From Pirellulales bacterium (GTDB taxonomy: Bacteria > Planctomycetota > Planctomycetia > Pirellulales > UBA1268), in the NCBI GenBank assembly GCA_044368305.1, contig JBIPLS010000003.1, forward strand, positions 1 to 39,609: a stretch of 39,609 nucleotides of DNA, read 5' to 3'. The notes beneath the pieces are model-generated. The model saw only the letters and a program-made list of their open reading frames with translations, searched no databases and was not told the origin of the DNA. How positions within the stretch are numbered: the stretch's first letter is position 1; the number at the start of each line of letters is the position of its first letter. Made by a program: the position numbers and the translations under genes. Shown piece after piece: positions 9,866 to 18,394 of this stretch.

Positions 9866-10840
9866 GTGCTCCGCCTGCATCCGAACCCCGCGCCCGTCAC
9901 GGTCCGGCTGGCTCGCCTCGCGGTCGCCGCGGTGCTCCTCGCCGCCTGCCAGGGGCCGCCGCGCACGGCTCGTGCCGTCGTCATCGACACGATCAGCGGT
10001 ACCGGCAACACGTCCGCCCCCGCCGACGACCCCGGCTGGAAGAACGTCGGCGTCCGGGGCATCGGCACGGGCGTCTACCTGGGGAACGACTGGGTGCTGA
10101 CGGCCTACCACGTGGGCGGCGGAAGCATCGTGCTGGGCGGCGGCACGTACGCCATGCTCGCCAACTCCGGGACGCGGCTCACGAACGCCGGAGCGGCGGG
10201 TCGGGCGGAGTTCACCGATCTCTACATGTTCCGGCTGGCGACGACACCGACGGGCCTCGGCGGCGTCACGATCGCCTCGGCGGCGTCGGGAACGGGTGCG
10301 GCCGTGACGATGATCGGCGCCGGTCGCGACCGCGGCGCGTTCACCCGCTGGAGCGTCAACACGAACACGGGGACGAATCCCTGGATCTGGACCGAGGTGA
10401 GCTCGGGCGGTGATGCGGCCGGCTACAAGACGCTCTCCACGCGCACGCGGCGCTGGGGAACCAACGTCGTCAGCGGCACGGGCCTGTGGATCGACGACGA
10501 TTTCGGCGAGATCAAGACGTTTTCCACCACCTTCGACGATTTTGTGGGGAGTTCCTTCGAGGCCCAGGCGGCGTACGGCGATTCCGGCGGCGGCGTGTTT
10601 CGGAAGAACGGCTCGACCTGGGAGCTCGCCGGGCTGATGCTCACGGTGAGCGGCTACTCCGGGCAGCCCGATCCCGCCGCCAACGCCGTGTTCGGCGACA
10701 GGACCTACGCGGCGGACCTCTCCTTCTACCGGCCGCAGATCATGGCCATCGTGCCCGAGCCGCAGGCCATCGTGCTGGCCCTGACCGCGGCGGCCGCCGC
10801 GGTGGCCTGGCGGGCGGCCCGGGCGACGACGCGACGCTGA
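9866..10840 (+). CDS. Secreted trypsin-like (S1) serine protease with PEP-CTERM sorting signal
   Basis: Signal peptide; triad WVLTAYHV / TDLYMFRL / GDSGGG; C-terminal VPEP + hydrophobic helix + basic tail (WRAARATTRR). Start uncertain. Confidence 0.85.
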   Translation: MLRLHPNPAPVTVRLARLAVAAVLLAACQGPPRTARAVVIDTISGTGNTSAPADDPGWKNVGVRGIGTGVYLGNDWVLTAYHVGGGSIVLGGGTYAMLANSGTRLTNAGAAGRAEFTDLYMFRLATTPTGLGGVTIASAASGTGAAVTMIGAGRDRGAFTRWSVNTNTGTNPWIWTEVSSGGDAAGYKTLSTRTRRWGTNVVSGTGLWIDDDFGEIKTFSTTFDDFVGSSFEAQAAYGDSGGGVFRKNGSTWELAGLMLTVSGYSGQPDPAANAVFGDRTYAADLSFYRPQIMAIVPEPQAIVLALTAAAAAVAWRAARATTRR

Positions 10841-10858
10841 CGGGAGGCCGGCCCCGCG

Positions 10859-11761
10859 ATGCGGCTCTTCCCCTCCGATCGCTACCCGCTGCCGCTGCCG
10901 GAAGGGCACCGCTTCCCGGCGCGGAAGTACGGCCTGCTGCGGGAACGGCTCGCCGCCCACGCGGCCGCCGGCGCGCCGCTCGAGTTCGTCGAGCCCCACG
11001 CCGCGACCGACGAGGAGCTGGTGCGGGTGCACGACCGGGCCTACGTGGGCCGCGTGCTCTCGGGAACGCTCTCGCGGGACGAGATCCGGCGCATCGGGTT
11101 TCCTTGGAGCCCGCAGCTCGTGGAGCGGTCGCTGCGGAGCACCGGGGCGGCGGTGGATGCCGCGGCGGCTGCCCTGGACGACGGGGTCGCGGCGAGCCTC
11201 GCCGGCGGCACGCACCACGCCGGCATCGGCTTCGGCGAGGGCTACTGCGTGTTCAACGACACGGCGGTGGCGGCGCGGGAGATGCAGGCCCGCGGCGCGG
11301 CGCGGCGGGTGGTGATCCTCGACTGCGACGTTCATCAGGGCAACGGCACGGCCGAGATCTTCGCCGCCGACCCGACGGTGTTCACGATGTCGATTCACGG
11401 CGAGCGGAACTTCCCGCTGCGGAAGCACCCCGGCGGGCTCGACGTGCCGCTCCCCGACGGCACGGGCGACGAGGACTACCTGCGGGCCCTGGGCCCCGCC
11501 GTCGAGGAATCCTTCGCCCGCGGCCGCCCGGACCTCGTGCTCTACATCGCCGGAGCCGATCCCTACGTCCATGACCGGCTGGGTCGGCTGGCGGTGACGA
11601 AGGCGGGGCTCGCGGCGCGGGATCGCCTGGTGCTCGCGGCGGCCCGGCGGGCGGGAGCGCCGCTGGCGATCGTCTGCGGCGGCGGCTACTGCCCGGATCT
11701 GGAGGCGATCGTGGACATCCACGCCACGACGATGCTCCTGGCGGCGGGCGTGGTGGCCTGA
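10859..11761 (+). CDS. Histone deacetylase family (Zn-dependent deacylase)
   Basis: HRFP, GGTHHA, GYCVFND, DCDVHQGNGT, GADP..HDRLG, GGGY. Confidence 0.95.
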   Translation: MRLFPSDRYPLPLPEGHRFPARKYGLLRERLAAHAAAGAPLEFVEPHAATDEELVRVHDRAYVGRVLSGTLSRDEIRRIGFPWSPQLVERSLRSTGAAVDAAAAALDDGVAASLAGGTHHAGIGFGEGYCVFNDTAVAAREMQARGAARRVVILDCDVHQGNGTAEIFAADPTVFTMSIHGERNFPLRKHPGGLDVPLPDGTGDEDYLRALGPAVEESFARGRPDLVLYIAGADPYVHDRLGRLAVTKAGLAARDRLVLAAARRAGAPLAIVCGGGYCPDLEAIVDIHATTMLLAAGVVA

Positions 11762-11855
11762 AGTCGGCCGGGCCCGGCGGGTGGCCGATCACGACGCGGC
11801 TGCGGTATCGTGTGCCTGGTGTCGGAGCAATCGATTTCGTACCGGGAGGTTTGCC

Positions 11856-13604
11856 GTGCGTTCTGCAGCGGGGTGCGTGACGTGGCTCGCCATGCTGGTG
11901 GCGGGCAGTGGGGCGGCGGCGGACGTCGAGCCGGCGGACGCGATCTACGGCGACGGCATCATCCTCACGATGGCGGGGCCGGAGCCGGAGCAGGTCGAGA
12001 GCCTGGCCGTCAAGGACGGCCGCATCGTGTTCGCGGGGTCGGCGGTCGAGGCGAAGAAGTTCGCCGGCCCCGACACGCGGCGGATCGACCTCGAGGGCCG
12101 CACGTTGCTGCCCGGCTTCATCGACACGCACGGCCACTTCGTCTATTTCGGGAAGAACCTGGTCGATGCCAATCTTTTCGGCTGCACGAACATCTACGAC
12201 TTGCTCGAGCGGATGCGGCACCAGAAGGAGGACACGCCCGCCGACGGCTGGGTCGTCGGCTTCGGCTATCAGGCACGACAACTGGCGGAGGGCCGCACGC
12301 CCACGGCCGCCGAGCTCGACCGCGTGTCGGCCGACCGGCCGGTGCTGATCGTCGATTCCTCGGGGCACCTCGGGGCGGCCAACGCGGCCGCCTTTCGGGC
12401 CGCGGGGATCTCCGCCGCCACGCCCGATCCCACCGGCGGAAAATTCGCCCGCGGGGAAGACGGCAAATCGCTCGCCGGGCCGATGGAGGAGACGGCCCTC
12501 AACGCCGTGCGGGCGAAGCGGCCGCCGTTTTCCGGAGCGCTCGCCGAGCGGGTGATCACGGGGGCGGCCGAGGTCTGGGCCAGCCACGGGCAGACCACCG
12601 CGATGGAGGCCGGCCTCGGCCTCGGCAACGACGACGTGGCGGTCGTGCTCAACGCCATCGACAAGAAGCTGTTGCCGATCGACCTCTATGTGGCCGCGAA
12701 GGACTCGGCCATGGACGAGACGCTCGCGGCCGCCTACGGGGTCGCCTCGGCCTACGACCCGCGGGCCGCCGGCACGCTGGCCAAGCTGCGGGCCGCACGG
12801 CCCGACCTCGACTCCCGGTACGTGAACCGCGTCCGCCTCGGCGGCATCAAGTTTTGGCTCGACGGAAGCCTCGACACCGCCTGGTTCACCGAGCCCTACA
12901 CCGTCAACCCGCCGGGCAAGACGGGTGCCTTCGCGGGCTACCGGCAGATCCCCGACGAGGTGCTCGACGCCGCCTTCGACCGCTTTTGGGCCACCGGCCT
13001 GCAGATCCACATGCACATGAACGGCGACGCGGCGGCCGACCAGGCGTTGGCCGCGATCGCCAAGGCGGTGAAGAAGCACGGCATGCACGACCATCGTCCG
13101 GTGTTCGTCCACGCCTCGTGGCTGCGGCCCGATCAAATCGAGAAGATCAAGGCCTGCGGGGCCATTCCCAGTTTCCTGCCGTCGGGCATCGTGCCAGGGG
13201 GCGACGCGGTCGTGCGGCTGTGGGGGCCGGTGCGGTCCGCGGGCGCGATGGCCTCGCGGAGCTTCCTGCGGGCGGGCCTGCCCTTCACCTTCTCGCACGA
13301 CGCCCCGGTGTCGCCGGTGCCGTCGATCCTGGCGCTCGTCGACGCCGGCGTGAACCGGATGTCGGGCAGCGGGCAGTTGATCGGCCCGGACGAGCGGATC
13401 ACGCCCTACCAGGCCCTGCGGGCCGTGACGGCCACCGCCGCCTATCAGCTCAAGGAGGAGAAAACGAAGGGCACGCTCGAGTCCGGCAAGCTCGCCGACC
13501 TGGTGATCCTGGAGAAGAATCCGCTCGCGGTCGAGCCGACCAGCATCAAGGACATCGCCGTGGTCGAGACGATCAAGGAAGGGAAGACGGTGTGGCGGCG
13601 ATGA
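11856..13604 (+). CDS. Exported amidohydrolase (YtcJ/Amidohydro_3-like)
   Basis: PGFIDTHGH, GIKFWLDGS, HMHMNGD, FSHDAPV, GKLADLVIL. GGAGG RBS precedes GTG 11856, followed by a signal peptide. Confidence 0.9.
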   Translation: MRSAAGCVTWLAMLVAGSGAAADVEPADAIYGDGIILTMAGPEPEQVESLAVKDGRIVFAGSAVEAKKFAGPDTRRIDLEGRTLLPGFIDTHGHFVYFGKNLVDANLFGCTNIYDLLERMRHQKEDTPADGWVVGFGYQARQLAEGRTPTAAELDRVSADRPVLIVDSSGHLGAANAAAFRAAGISAATPDPTGGKFARGEDGKSLAGPMEETALNAVRAKRPPFSGALAERVITGAAEVWASHGQTTAMEAGLGLGNDDVAVVLNAIDKKLLPIDLYVAAKDSAMDETLAAAYGVASAYDPRAAGTLAKLRAARPDLDSRYVNRVRLGGIKFWLDGSLDTAWFTEPYTVNPPGKTGAFAGYRQIPDEVLDAAFDRFWATGLQIHMHMNGDAAADQALAAIAKAVKKHGMHDHRPVFVHASWLRPDQIEKIKACGAIPSFLPSGIVPGGDAVVRLWGPVRSAGAMASRSFLRAGLPFTFSHDAPVSPVPSILALVDAGVNRMSGSGQLIGPDERITPYQALRAVTATAAYQLKEEKTKGTLESGKLADLVILEKNPLAVEPTSIKDIAVVETIKEGKTVWRR

Positions 13605-13629
13605 GCGTCGCGGCCGCGCCGCGGCGCGA

Positions 13630-14262
13630 CTACGCCGCCCGGGAGCGATGGCCGTCGGGCGGCTCGGTGACGGGCAGCCGCAGGCTGGCCGGCGTGCCGG
13701 GGAGCGCGGCCCGCTCGCGGGCGTAGAACTCCCGCAATCGTCCCGCGTCGATGCCGAGTGAGCGCCGCACGGCGCCCAGTGGGCGGTCGAGCAGGGCGGG
13801 GCCCATGGCGCGGTGAATGTCGCGGACGCCCATCGTCCGCCCGGCCTCGAGGCCGAGATCGTAGGCGGCCAGGATGCGGCGCGGGATCCTGTAGGGCTCG
13901 GGGTAGACGTGCGCCACCACGGCCTTGAAGAGCAGCCGCTCCAGGGTCGAGACGGCCTTGGTGCTCCCCATCGTGAATCCGATGACGAACGCCTCGTCCT
14001 GGCCGAGCAGGCCGCGGCCGAGCAGGACGTGGATCATGTCGTGGCTGGCGAGATCGACCGCGCCGTGAAGCCGCAGCCAGCCGCGCGGATTCTCGAACAG
14101 CCGCACGACCCAGGGGATGGCCTGTGGCGGCGCGGCCGGCAGGGTGGCGAGCACCTCCCGCAGGGTCGCGGCGTCGTTGTCGAGCCCCGGGCACCACTTC
14201 CGCCAGTTGCGAGCGGACGGGTCGCCGTCCATCGGTCGTGTCGTCGTGTCGTCGGTCGTCAT
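13630..14262 (-). CDS. Coq4-like metal-binding protein (HDxxH-x11-E)
   Basis: HDMIHVLLGRGLLGQDE matches the HDxxH(x11)E motif; C-terminal LDRPLGAVRRSLGI resembles the Coq4 terminal 'LEELRxxLGI' segment. Start could be 14262 or 14232. Confidence 0.65.
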   Translation of the reverse strand: MTTDDTTTRPMDGDPSARNWRKWCPGLDNDAATLREVLATLPAAPPQAIPWVVRLFENPRGWLRLHGAVDLASHDMIHVLLGRGLLGQDEAFVIGFTMGSTKAVSTLERLLFKAVVAHVYPEPYRIPRRILAAYDLGLEAGRTMGVRDIHRAMGPALLDRPLGAVRRSLGIDAGRLREFYARERAALPGTPASLRLPVTEPPDGHRSRAA

Positions 14263-14463
14263 GGCCGCACCTGGATCCAGGTGGCCACCGGGCGGGGCCG
14301 GCGCGGCATGCGGCTGCGGCCCAAAGGATGGCTCCACCAAGGGATCGTACGCGCCGGGAGCCGTGTTTTCCCGGCCCGCAGCCGGTGCGGACCATGGTTG
14401 TCCCTGGCGGGACGGACACTGTGCGCGGTTCGGTGGACGAAACATTCGCGGGAGGAGGCACCG

Positions 14464-14655
14464 ATGAACGATCCCGGAAAAAACCGGCTGCACGGCTACG
14501 AGGCGGGCTGGATGACGTTGCTGCTCGAGATGGGCGTGGCCAGCGAGCAGGAGCTGCGCGAGGCGCAAAGCCGCGTGGCCCGGGCGGCGATCGAGCGGAT
14601 GGAGGCGCGAAAGGCCCGCCGGCGCGAGGAACGCCGCCGGCGGCGGCGCGAGTAG
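14464..14655 (+). CDS. Small hypothetical protein (63 aa), helical with Arg-rich tail
   Basis: Strong RBS GGAGGAGG a few nt before ATG 14464; MNDPGKNRLHGYEAGWMTLLLEMGVASEQELREAQ...RRRRRRE. Confidence 0.6.
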   Translation: MNDPGKNRLHGYEAGWMTLLLEMGVASEQELREAQSRVARAAIERMEARKARRREERRRRRRE

Positions 14656-14704
14656 CGGATCGCGCAGGGAAAGTGGCGACCGTTCGCCGGACGGCCGCCT
14701 CGAA

Positions 14705-14778
<74 letters not shown>

Positions 14779-14793
14779 GAACGCTCGGCACGA

Positions 14794-14802
14794 AGTCTAG
14801 CA
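14794..14802 (-). promoter_or_regulatory. Putative extended -10 promoter for tRNA-Arg
   Basis: TGCTAGACT (TGn-TAnnnT) about 15 nt upstream of the tRNA. Confidence 0.45.
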
Positions 14803-14861
14803 CCGGCTCGCGGTCGGCAACAGCGGCCCGGCCTCGGGCCGCCCGCCACGCGGCACTGCCG

Positions 14862-15863
14862 TTAGGCGGACCGCTTGAGCGGGAGCGGGGACGTCCGCCG
14901 CCGCGGCCGCGACAGCCTTCGATGGGCTTCGTCGATCCGCAGCGTCGGGGAGTCGGCCGGCTGCTCCGCCTCCCGCTCCGCCTTCAGGGCCGCGAGCCGC
15001 CGCCCGCGTTCGACGTGGCCGCCGAACTCGAGCAGGCCCACCAGCCGCCCGACGAGCCGCGGCAGCGTCCCGAAGGGCGCGGCCGCCGCCGCGTCGCGCA
15101 GCACCTCGACACCGTGGGCGAGCAGGGCCGGCAGCAGTCGTTGCCCCGCCAGCGACCGCCAGAAGAGCCGCTCCGACAGGAGGCCGGCGGTGAAGGCCGG
15201 AGGCCGCGTCCGCATCGGACCGCCGATCACGCGGGACGCCGGTTCGAGCACGACGTCGCCGCCGCAGGCGAGCACCGCGGCCATGTCGGCGTCGGCCAGC
15301 CAGTCGCCGCAGGCCGGCGCGAAGCCGCCGCAGGCCGCGAGCAGGTCGGCCGACCAGAACCCGGCCTCGAGCAGCGGAGCCGCAGGCCGCGGGAATCGCC
15401 GGGAGTCATGATTCGTTGCCCCGCCGACGACGATCCGCCTGCCGCCACGGGTCGTGCGCAGGCCCGCCGCGACGACGCGGTCGCGATCGCCGCCGGCGAC
15501 GACGAGGGGCACCACCGCGGCGACCCCGCCGCGCGAGAAGTGCTCGAGCGGGGCGTTCGTCCAGCCCTCCGTGGCCTGCCAGCCGGCGGCGAGGACGTTG
15601 ACGACCCGGCCCGCAGCCGCCGCGATCCCGAGATTGGTGCAGGCGGCGAGACTCGCGCCCGGCGGCGCCTGAACGAACCGCACCTCCTCGCGAATGTTCC
15701 AGGGGTCGGCGTATTCGCAGCCCAGGGCGACCACGACCTCGGCCGCGGGCGGGCGGTTCTCCAGGACGCTGACGAGCGTCTCCTCGAGCGCGGCGACGTC
15801 GGCCGGTGCGGGCACGACGACCGACAGTGCAGGCGCGACGGCCGCGCGAAACGACTCCGCCAT
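14862..15863 (-). CDS. Glycosyltransferase family 2-like protein (divergent)
   Basis: LSVVVP..LEETLVSVL..EVVV and ACTNLGIAAAAG give a GT-A N-terminal pattern; the DxD position is degenerate. Start 15863 or 15869. Confidence 0.7.
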   Translation of the reverse strand: MAESFRAAVAPALSVVVPAPADVAALEETLVSVLENRPPAAEVVVALGCEYADPWNIREEVRFVQAPPGASLAACTNLGIAAAAGRVVNVLAAGWQATEGWTNAPLEHFSRGGVAAVVPLVVAGGDRDRVVAAGLRTTRGGRRIVVGGATNHDSRRFPRPAAPLLEAGFWSADLLAACGGFAPACGDWLADADMAAVLACGGDVVLEPASRVIGGPMRTRPPAFTAGLLSERLFWRSLAGQRLLPALLAHGVEVLRDAAAAAPFGTLPRLVGRLVGLLEFGGHVERGRRLAALKAEREAEQPADSPTLRIDEAHRRLSRPRRRTSPLPLKRSA

Positions 15864-15950
15864 GGTCATCCCCGCTCCCGGTCCGCGCCGCCCCCGGCGC
15901 GAACCTTCACCCCGAACTCCCCCCGAACGACGCCGATCACCGACCGCCGA

Positions 15951-16220
15951 TCAGGCGGCGGCTCGCTGCGGCTGCAGTTCCGTGAACAGGTTCACGGTGT
16001 GCAGCATCTCCCCCTCGGCGTCGTAGAACTGCAGCACGCCCACGTCGATCAGCCACATCGCGAACATCTCGGCGACGCGGTAGCACCGGGCCACGCAGCG
16101 GCCACGGTCGATGCGGATGTTCTCCTGGACGTCGGCGACGTCGGATGCGTCGGCCCCGAGGTGGAGAAAATGGCGGGACACGAGGCCACGCACGTCCGCG
16201 GCGTTCATGTGCAAACGCAT
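15951..16220 (-). CDS. Small hypothetical protein (89 aa)
   Basis: AGGAGG RBS before ATG 16220; MRLHMNAADV...AMWLIDVGVLQFYDAEGEMLHTVNL...RAAA, a non-shadow composition. Confidence 0.75.
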   Translation of the reverse strand: MRLHMNAADVRGLVSRHFLHLGADASDVADVQENIRIDRGRCVARCYRVAEMFAMWLIDVGVLQFYDAEGEMLHTVNLFTELQPQRAAA

Positions 16221-16225
16221 GAAGG

Positions 16226-16264
16226 GCAACCTCCTGTTGCGGTCTGTCGAACGACTTCCTGTCG
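16226..16264 (-). promoter_or_regulatory. Two GGA-loop hairpins in the leader, one covering the RBS (CsrA/RsmA-site-like)
   Basis: mRNA-sense CGAC-AGGAA-GTCG and GCAAC-AGGAG-GTTGC. Confidence 0.45.
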
Positions 16265-16481
16265 ATCGGGCCGAGAACCTTACCGCGGGGTGGCCGGTGC
16301 CGAAAGGCTGATTCCGCGGCCTGTCGCACCGCCCTGGTCCGGCGTCGAGCCCGCCATCCAAATGGAGAGATCGGTTCGCCGTGCCGCGGGCGATCACCCG
16401 TGGGACGGATGCCTGCCCAGTCCGCACGACCGGGCGGGTTCGCCCAGATTGCCAGCCCCGCCGGGCGGCGCGGTCGCCGGC

Positions 16482-17246
16482 TCACGGCAGGCGGAGCGTC
16501 CAGCCCGGATCGGCGTACCGGTCGCGGACGAGCCGAGCGACGCGGTCGCGCGGCCAATCGGTCTCGTGCCGCGCGGCCCCGAAGGCCTCCCGGACCGTCG
16601 CGGTGAGCCGGGCGACGCCGAGGCCGAGATTGGTGACGAACGCGGCGTGCCCGCGGCCGGCGCGGTAGTCGGGCTCGCGCGGCGGGTGCCGGAGGACGCG
16701 GCCGATGAGGTCGAGATCGAAGGCGTCGAGCAGCGTGCCATGGTAGAGCACCCCGTGCCGGCGCACCCGCAGCGCGTTCCCGGAGATCTTGAGCGGGCCC
16801 GCCGCGTCCGCGACCGCCAGATCGCTCGCGCCGCGGCGGACGACGTCGCGGCCGGTCGCGCGGAGGGCGGCGGCCAGCGGATCGAGCATGGCGGCATGCA
16901 GCGCGTCGATCGGGGGCGGCCCGGCCGGATGGTGTGTGACGACCGACCACATCAGGCAGCCCGGCCCGAGCACGACCGACAGCCCGCCGCTGGGCCGGCG
17001 GAGCACGCGGACGCCGTGCGCTGCGCAGGCGGCGAGGTCGAGCTCCTCGGCGGCGCGGCTCGACGACCCGAGCACCACGGTGGGCTCTGCAGCCATCCAC
17101 GTGCGGACGACCGTGCCGGTGCGGATGCCCTCGTGGGCCTCCTCCAGCAGCGCCTCGTCGAGCGCCAGCTGCTCGACCACGCCCCCCGGATCCGCCTCGA
17201 GCCAGGCGGTCGCGGGGACTGTCTCGTCGCAGGCGTCGTGTGGCAC
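16482..17246 (-). CDS. Lipoate-protein ligase/octanoyltransferase family, catalytic domain only
   Basis: LALDEALL, PTVVLG, RRPSGG, KISGNA, LYHGTLL; no LplA C-terminal domain. Confidence 0.85.
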   Translation of the reverse strand: MPHDACDETVPATAWLEADPGGVVEQLALDEALLEEAHEGIRTGTVVRTWMAAEPTVVLGSSSRAAEELDLAACAAHGVRVLRRPSGGLSVVLGPGCLMWSVVTHHPAGPPPIDALHAAMLDPLAAALRATGRDVVRRGASDLAVADAAGPLKISGNALRVRRHGVLYHGTLLDAFDLDLIGRVLRHPPREPDYRAGRGHAAFVTNLGLGVARLTATVREAFGAARHETDWPRDRVARLVRDRYADPGWTLRLP

Positions 17247-17362
17247 GGGAGTGACGGTGGAATCGCGTTGACGCGGGAGAGGACGAACCTAGACTGTGCC
17301 TGCCGTGCGGGCGCCGTGTCCCGCGCTCCGTACGGTCGACCGCCCCCCCCAGAATACCGCTC

Positions 17363-18394
17363 ATGGCCGCCGCGCCGCGCCGCACCGTGACGCAGGACGA
17401 TTCGCTGCCGCCGGTGGAGCCGCCGAGCGCGGCCTTCCTCGTGCAGCTGTTCCTGGTGCCGGCGATCATCGTCGCCATCATCGTCGGGGTCTGGCTGGCC
17501 TTTCACTGGCTCGCGCAGCTCGGCAACGACCCGGCCGGATACGTGAAGACCCTGCGGCGGAACGACGAGGGCCGCTGGCAGGCGGCCCTCAACTTCGCCA
17601 ATGACCTGCGGGCCGCGGGGGGCACGGCGCTCAAGAACGACGCCGGCCTCGCCCGGGAACTCGCGAGCATCCTCACCGACGAGGTGGCCTCCGGCCGGCC
17701 CAAGTCCGGCGGGGATGCCGGCGAGCAGGCGAAGACGCTGTGCACCTACCTGTGCCGCGCGCTCGGTGAGTTCGCCGTGCCCGAGGCGGCGGAGCCGCTC
17801 CTGGCGCGGGCGGCCGACGCGTCGGACCCGCAGACGGCCCAGGCAGCCATCGAGGCGCTCGCCGTGTTGGCCCACAACCTCGCCGCTGCCGGCCGTGGCT
17901 TCGCCGATCCCGCCGCCGTGACGGCCGCGGTGCTGTCCGCGGCGGACAGCGACGACGCGGCCCTGCGGTCGCGGGCCGCCTACACGCTCGGCGTGATCGG
18001 CGGTGCGGGCGCGGTGGGCCGGCTCGAGGCGCTCGTCGGCGACGCCGAGGACAACGTACGGTTCAACGCCGCCGTGGGCCTCGCGCGGCAGGGCGAGCCC
18101 GCGGCCTGGGGCACGCTCGTGGAGATGCTCTCGCTGCCCGACGTCGAGGCGCCGGCCGGCGACGATGCCCGGCAGTCGGACCGCTACAAGCGGGCGCTCG
18201 TGGCCCTCAACGCCCTCAAGGCCGTCGGCCTGCTCGTGGACGCGACGCGGTCGCCGCCCCCGGCCGCGGTGGCCGCGCGGGTCACGGCCCTGCGGCGGGA
18301 TCCTGTGGCCGACGTCCGCACCGCCGCCACGGCACTGGCCGACAAGCTCGAACGAACGTCCTCGTCATCCCCGACGGTCCCCCCGGAGCAATGA
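17363..18394 (+). CDS. Membrane-anchored HEAT-repeat protein
   Basis: N-terminal TM (LVQLFLVPAIIVAIIVGVWLAF), HEAT repeats (LRSRAAYTLG, VRFNAAVGLA). Confidence 0.8.
   Translation: MAAAPRRTVTQDDSLPPVEPPSAAFLVQLFLVPAIIVAIIVGVWLAFHWLAQLGNDPAGYVKTLRRNDEGRWQAALNFANDLRAAGGTALKNDAGLARELASILTDEVASGRPKSGGDAGEQAKTLCTYLCRALGEFAVPEAAEPLLARAADASDPQTAQAAIEALAVLAHNLAAAGRGFADPAAVTAAVLSAADSDDAALRSRAAYTLGVIGGAGAVGRLEALVGDAEDNVRFNAAVGLARQGEPAAWGTLVEMLSLPDVEAPAGDDARQSDRYKRALVALNALKAVGLLVDATRSPPPAAVAARVTALRRDPVADVRTAATALADKLERTSSSSPTVPPEQ

Noticed and set aside
9131-14704. Genomic island integrated at the 3' end of tRNA-Arg
   Set aside because: No integrase, no duplicated tRNA 3' end (att site) that I could find, and no obvious compositional shift.
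16265-16481. Riboswitch in the long leader of the 89-aa gene
   Set aside because: I could not match c-di-GMP, cobalamin, TPP, SAM or other known aptamer cores by eye; an Rfam/Infernal search would be needed.
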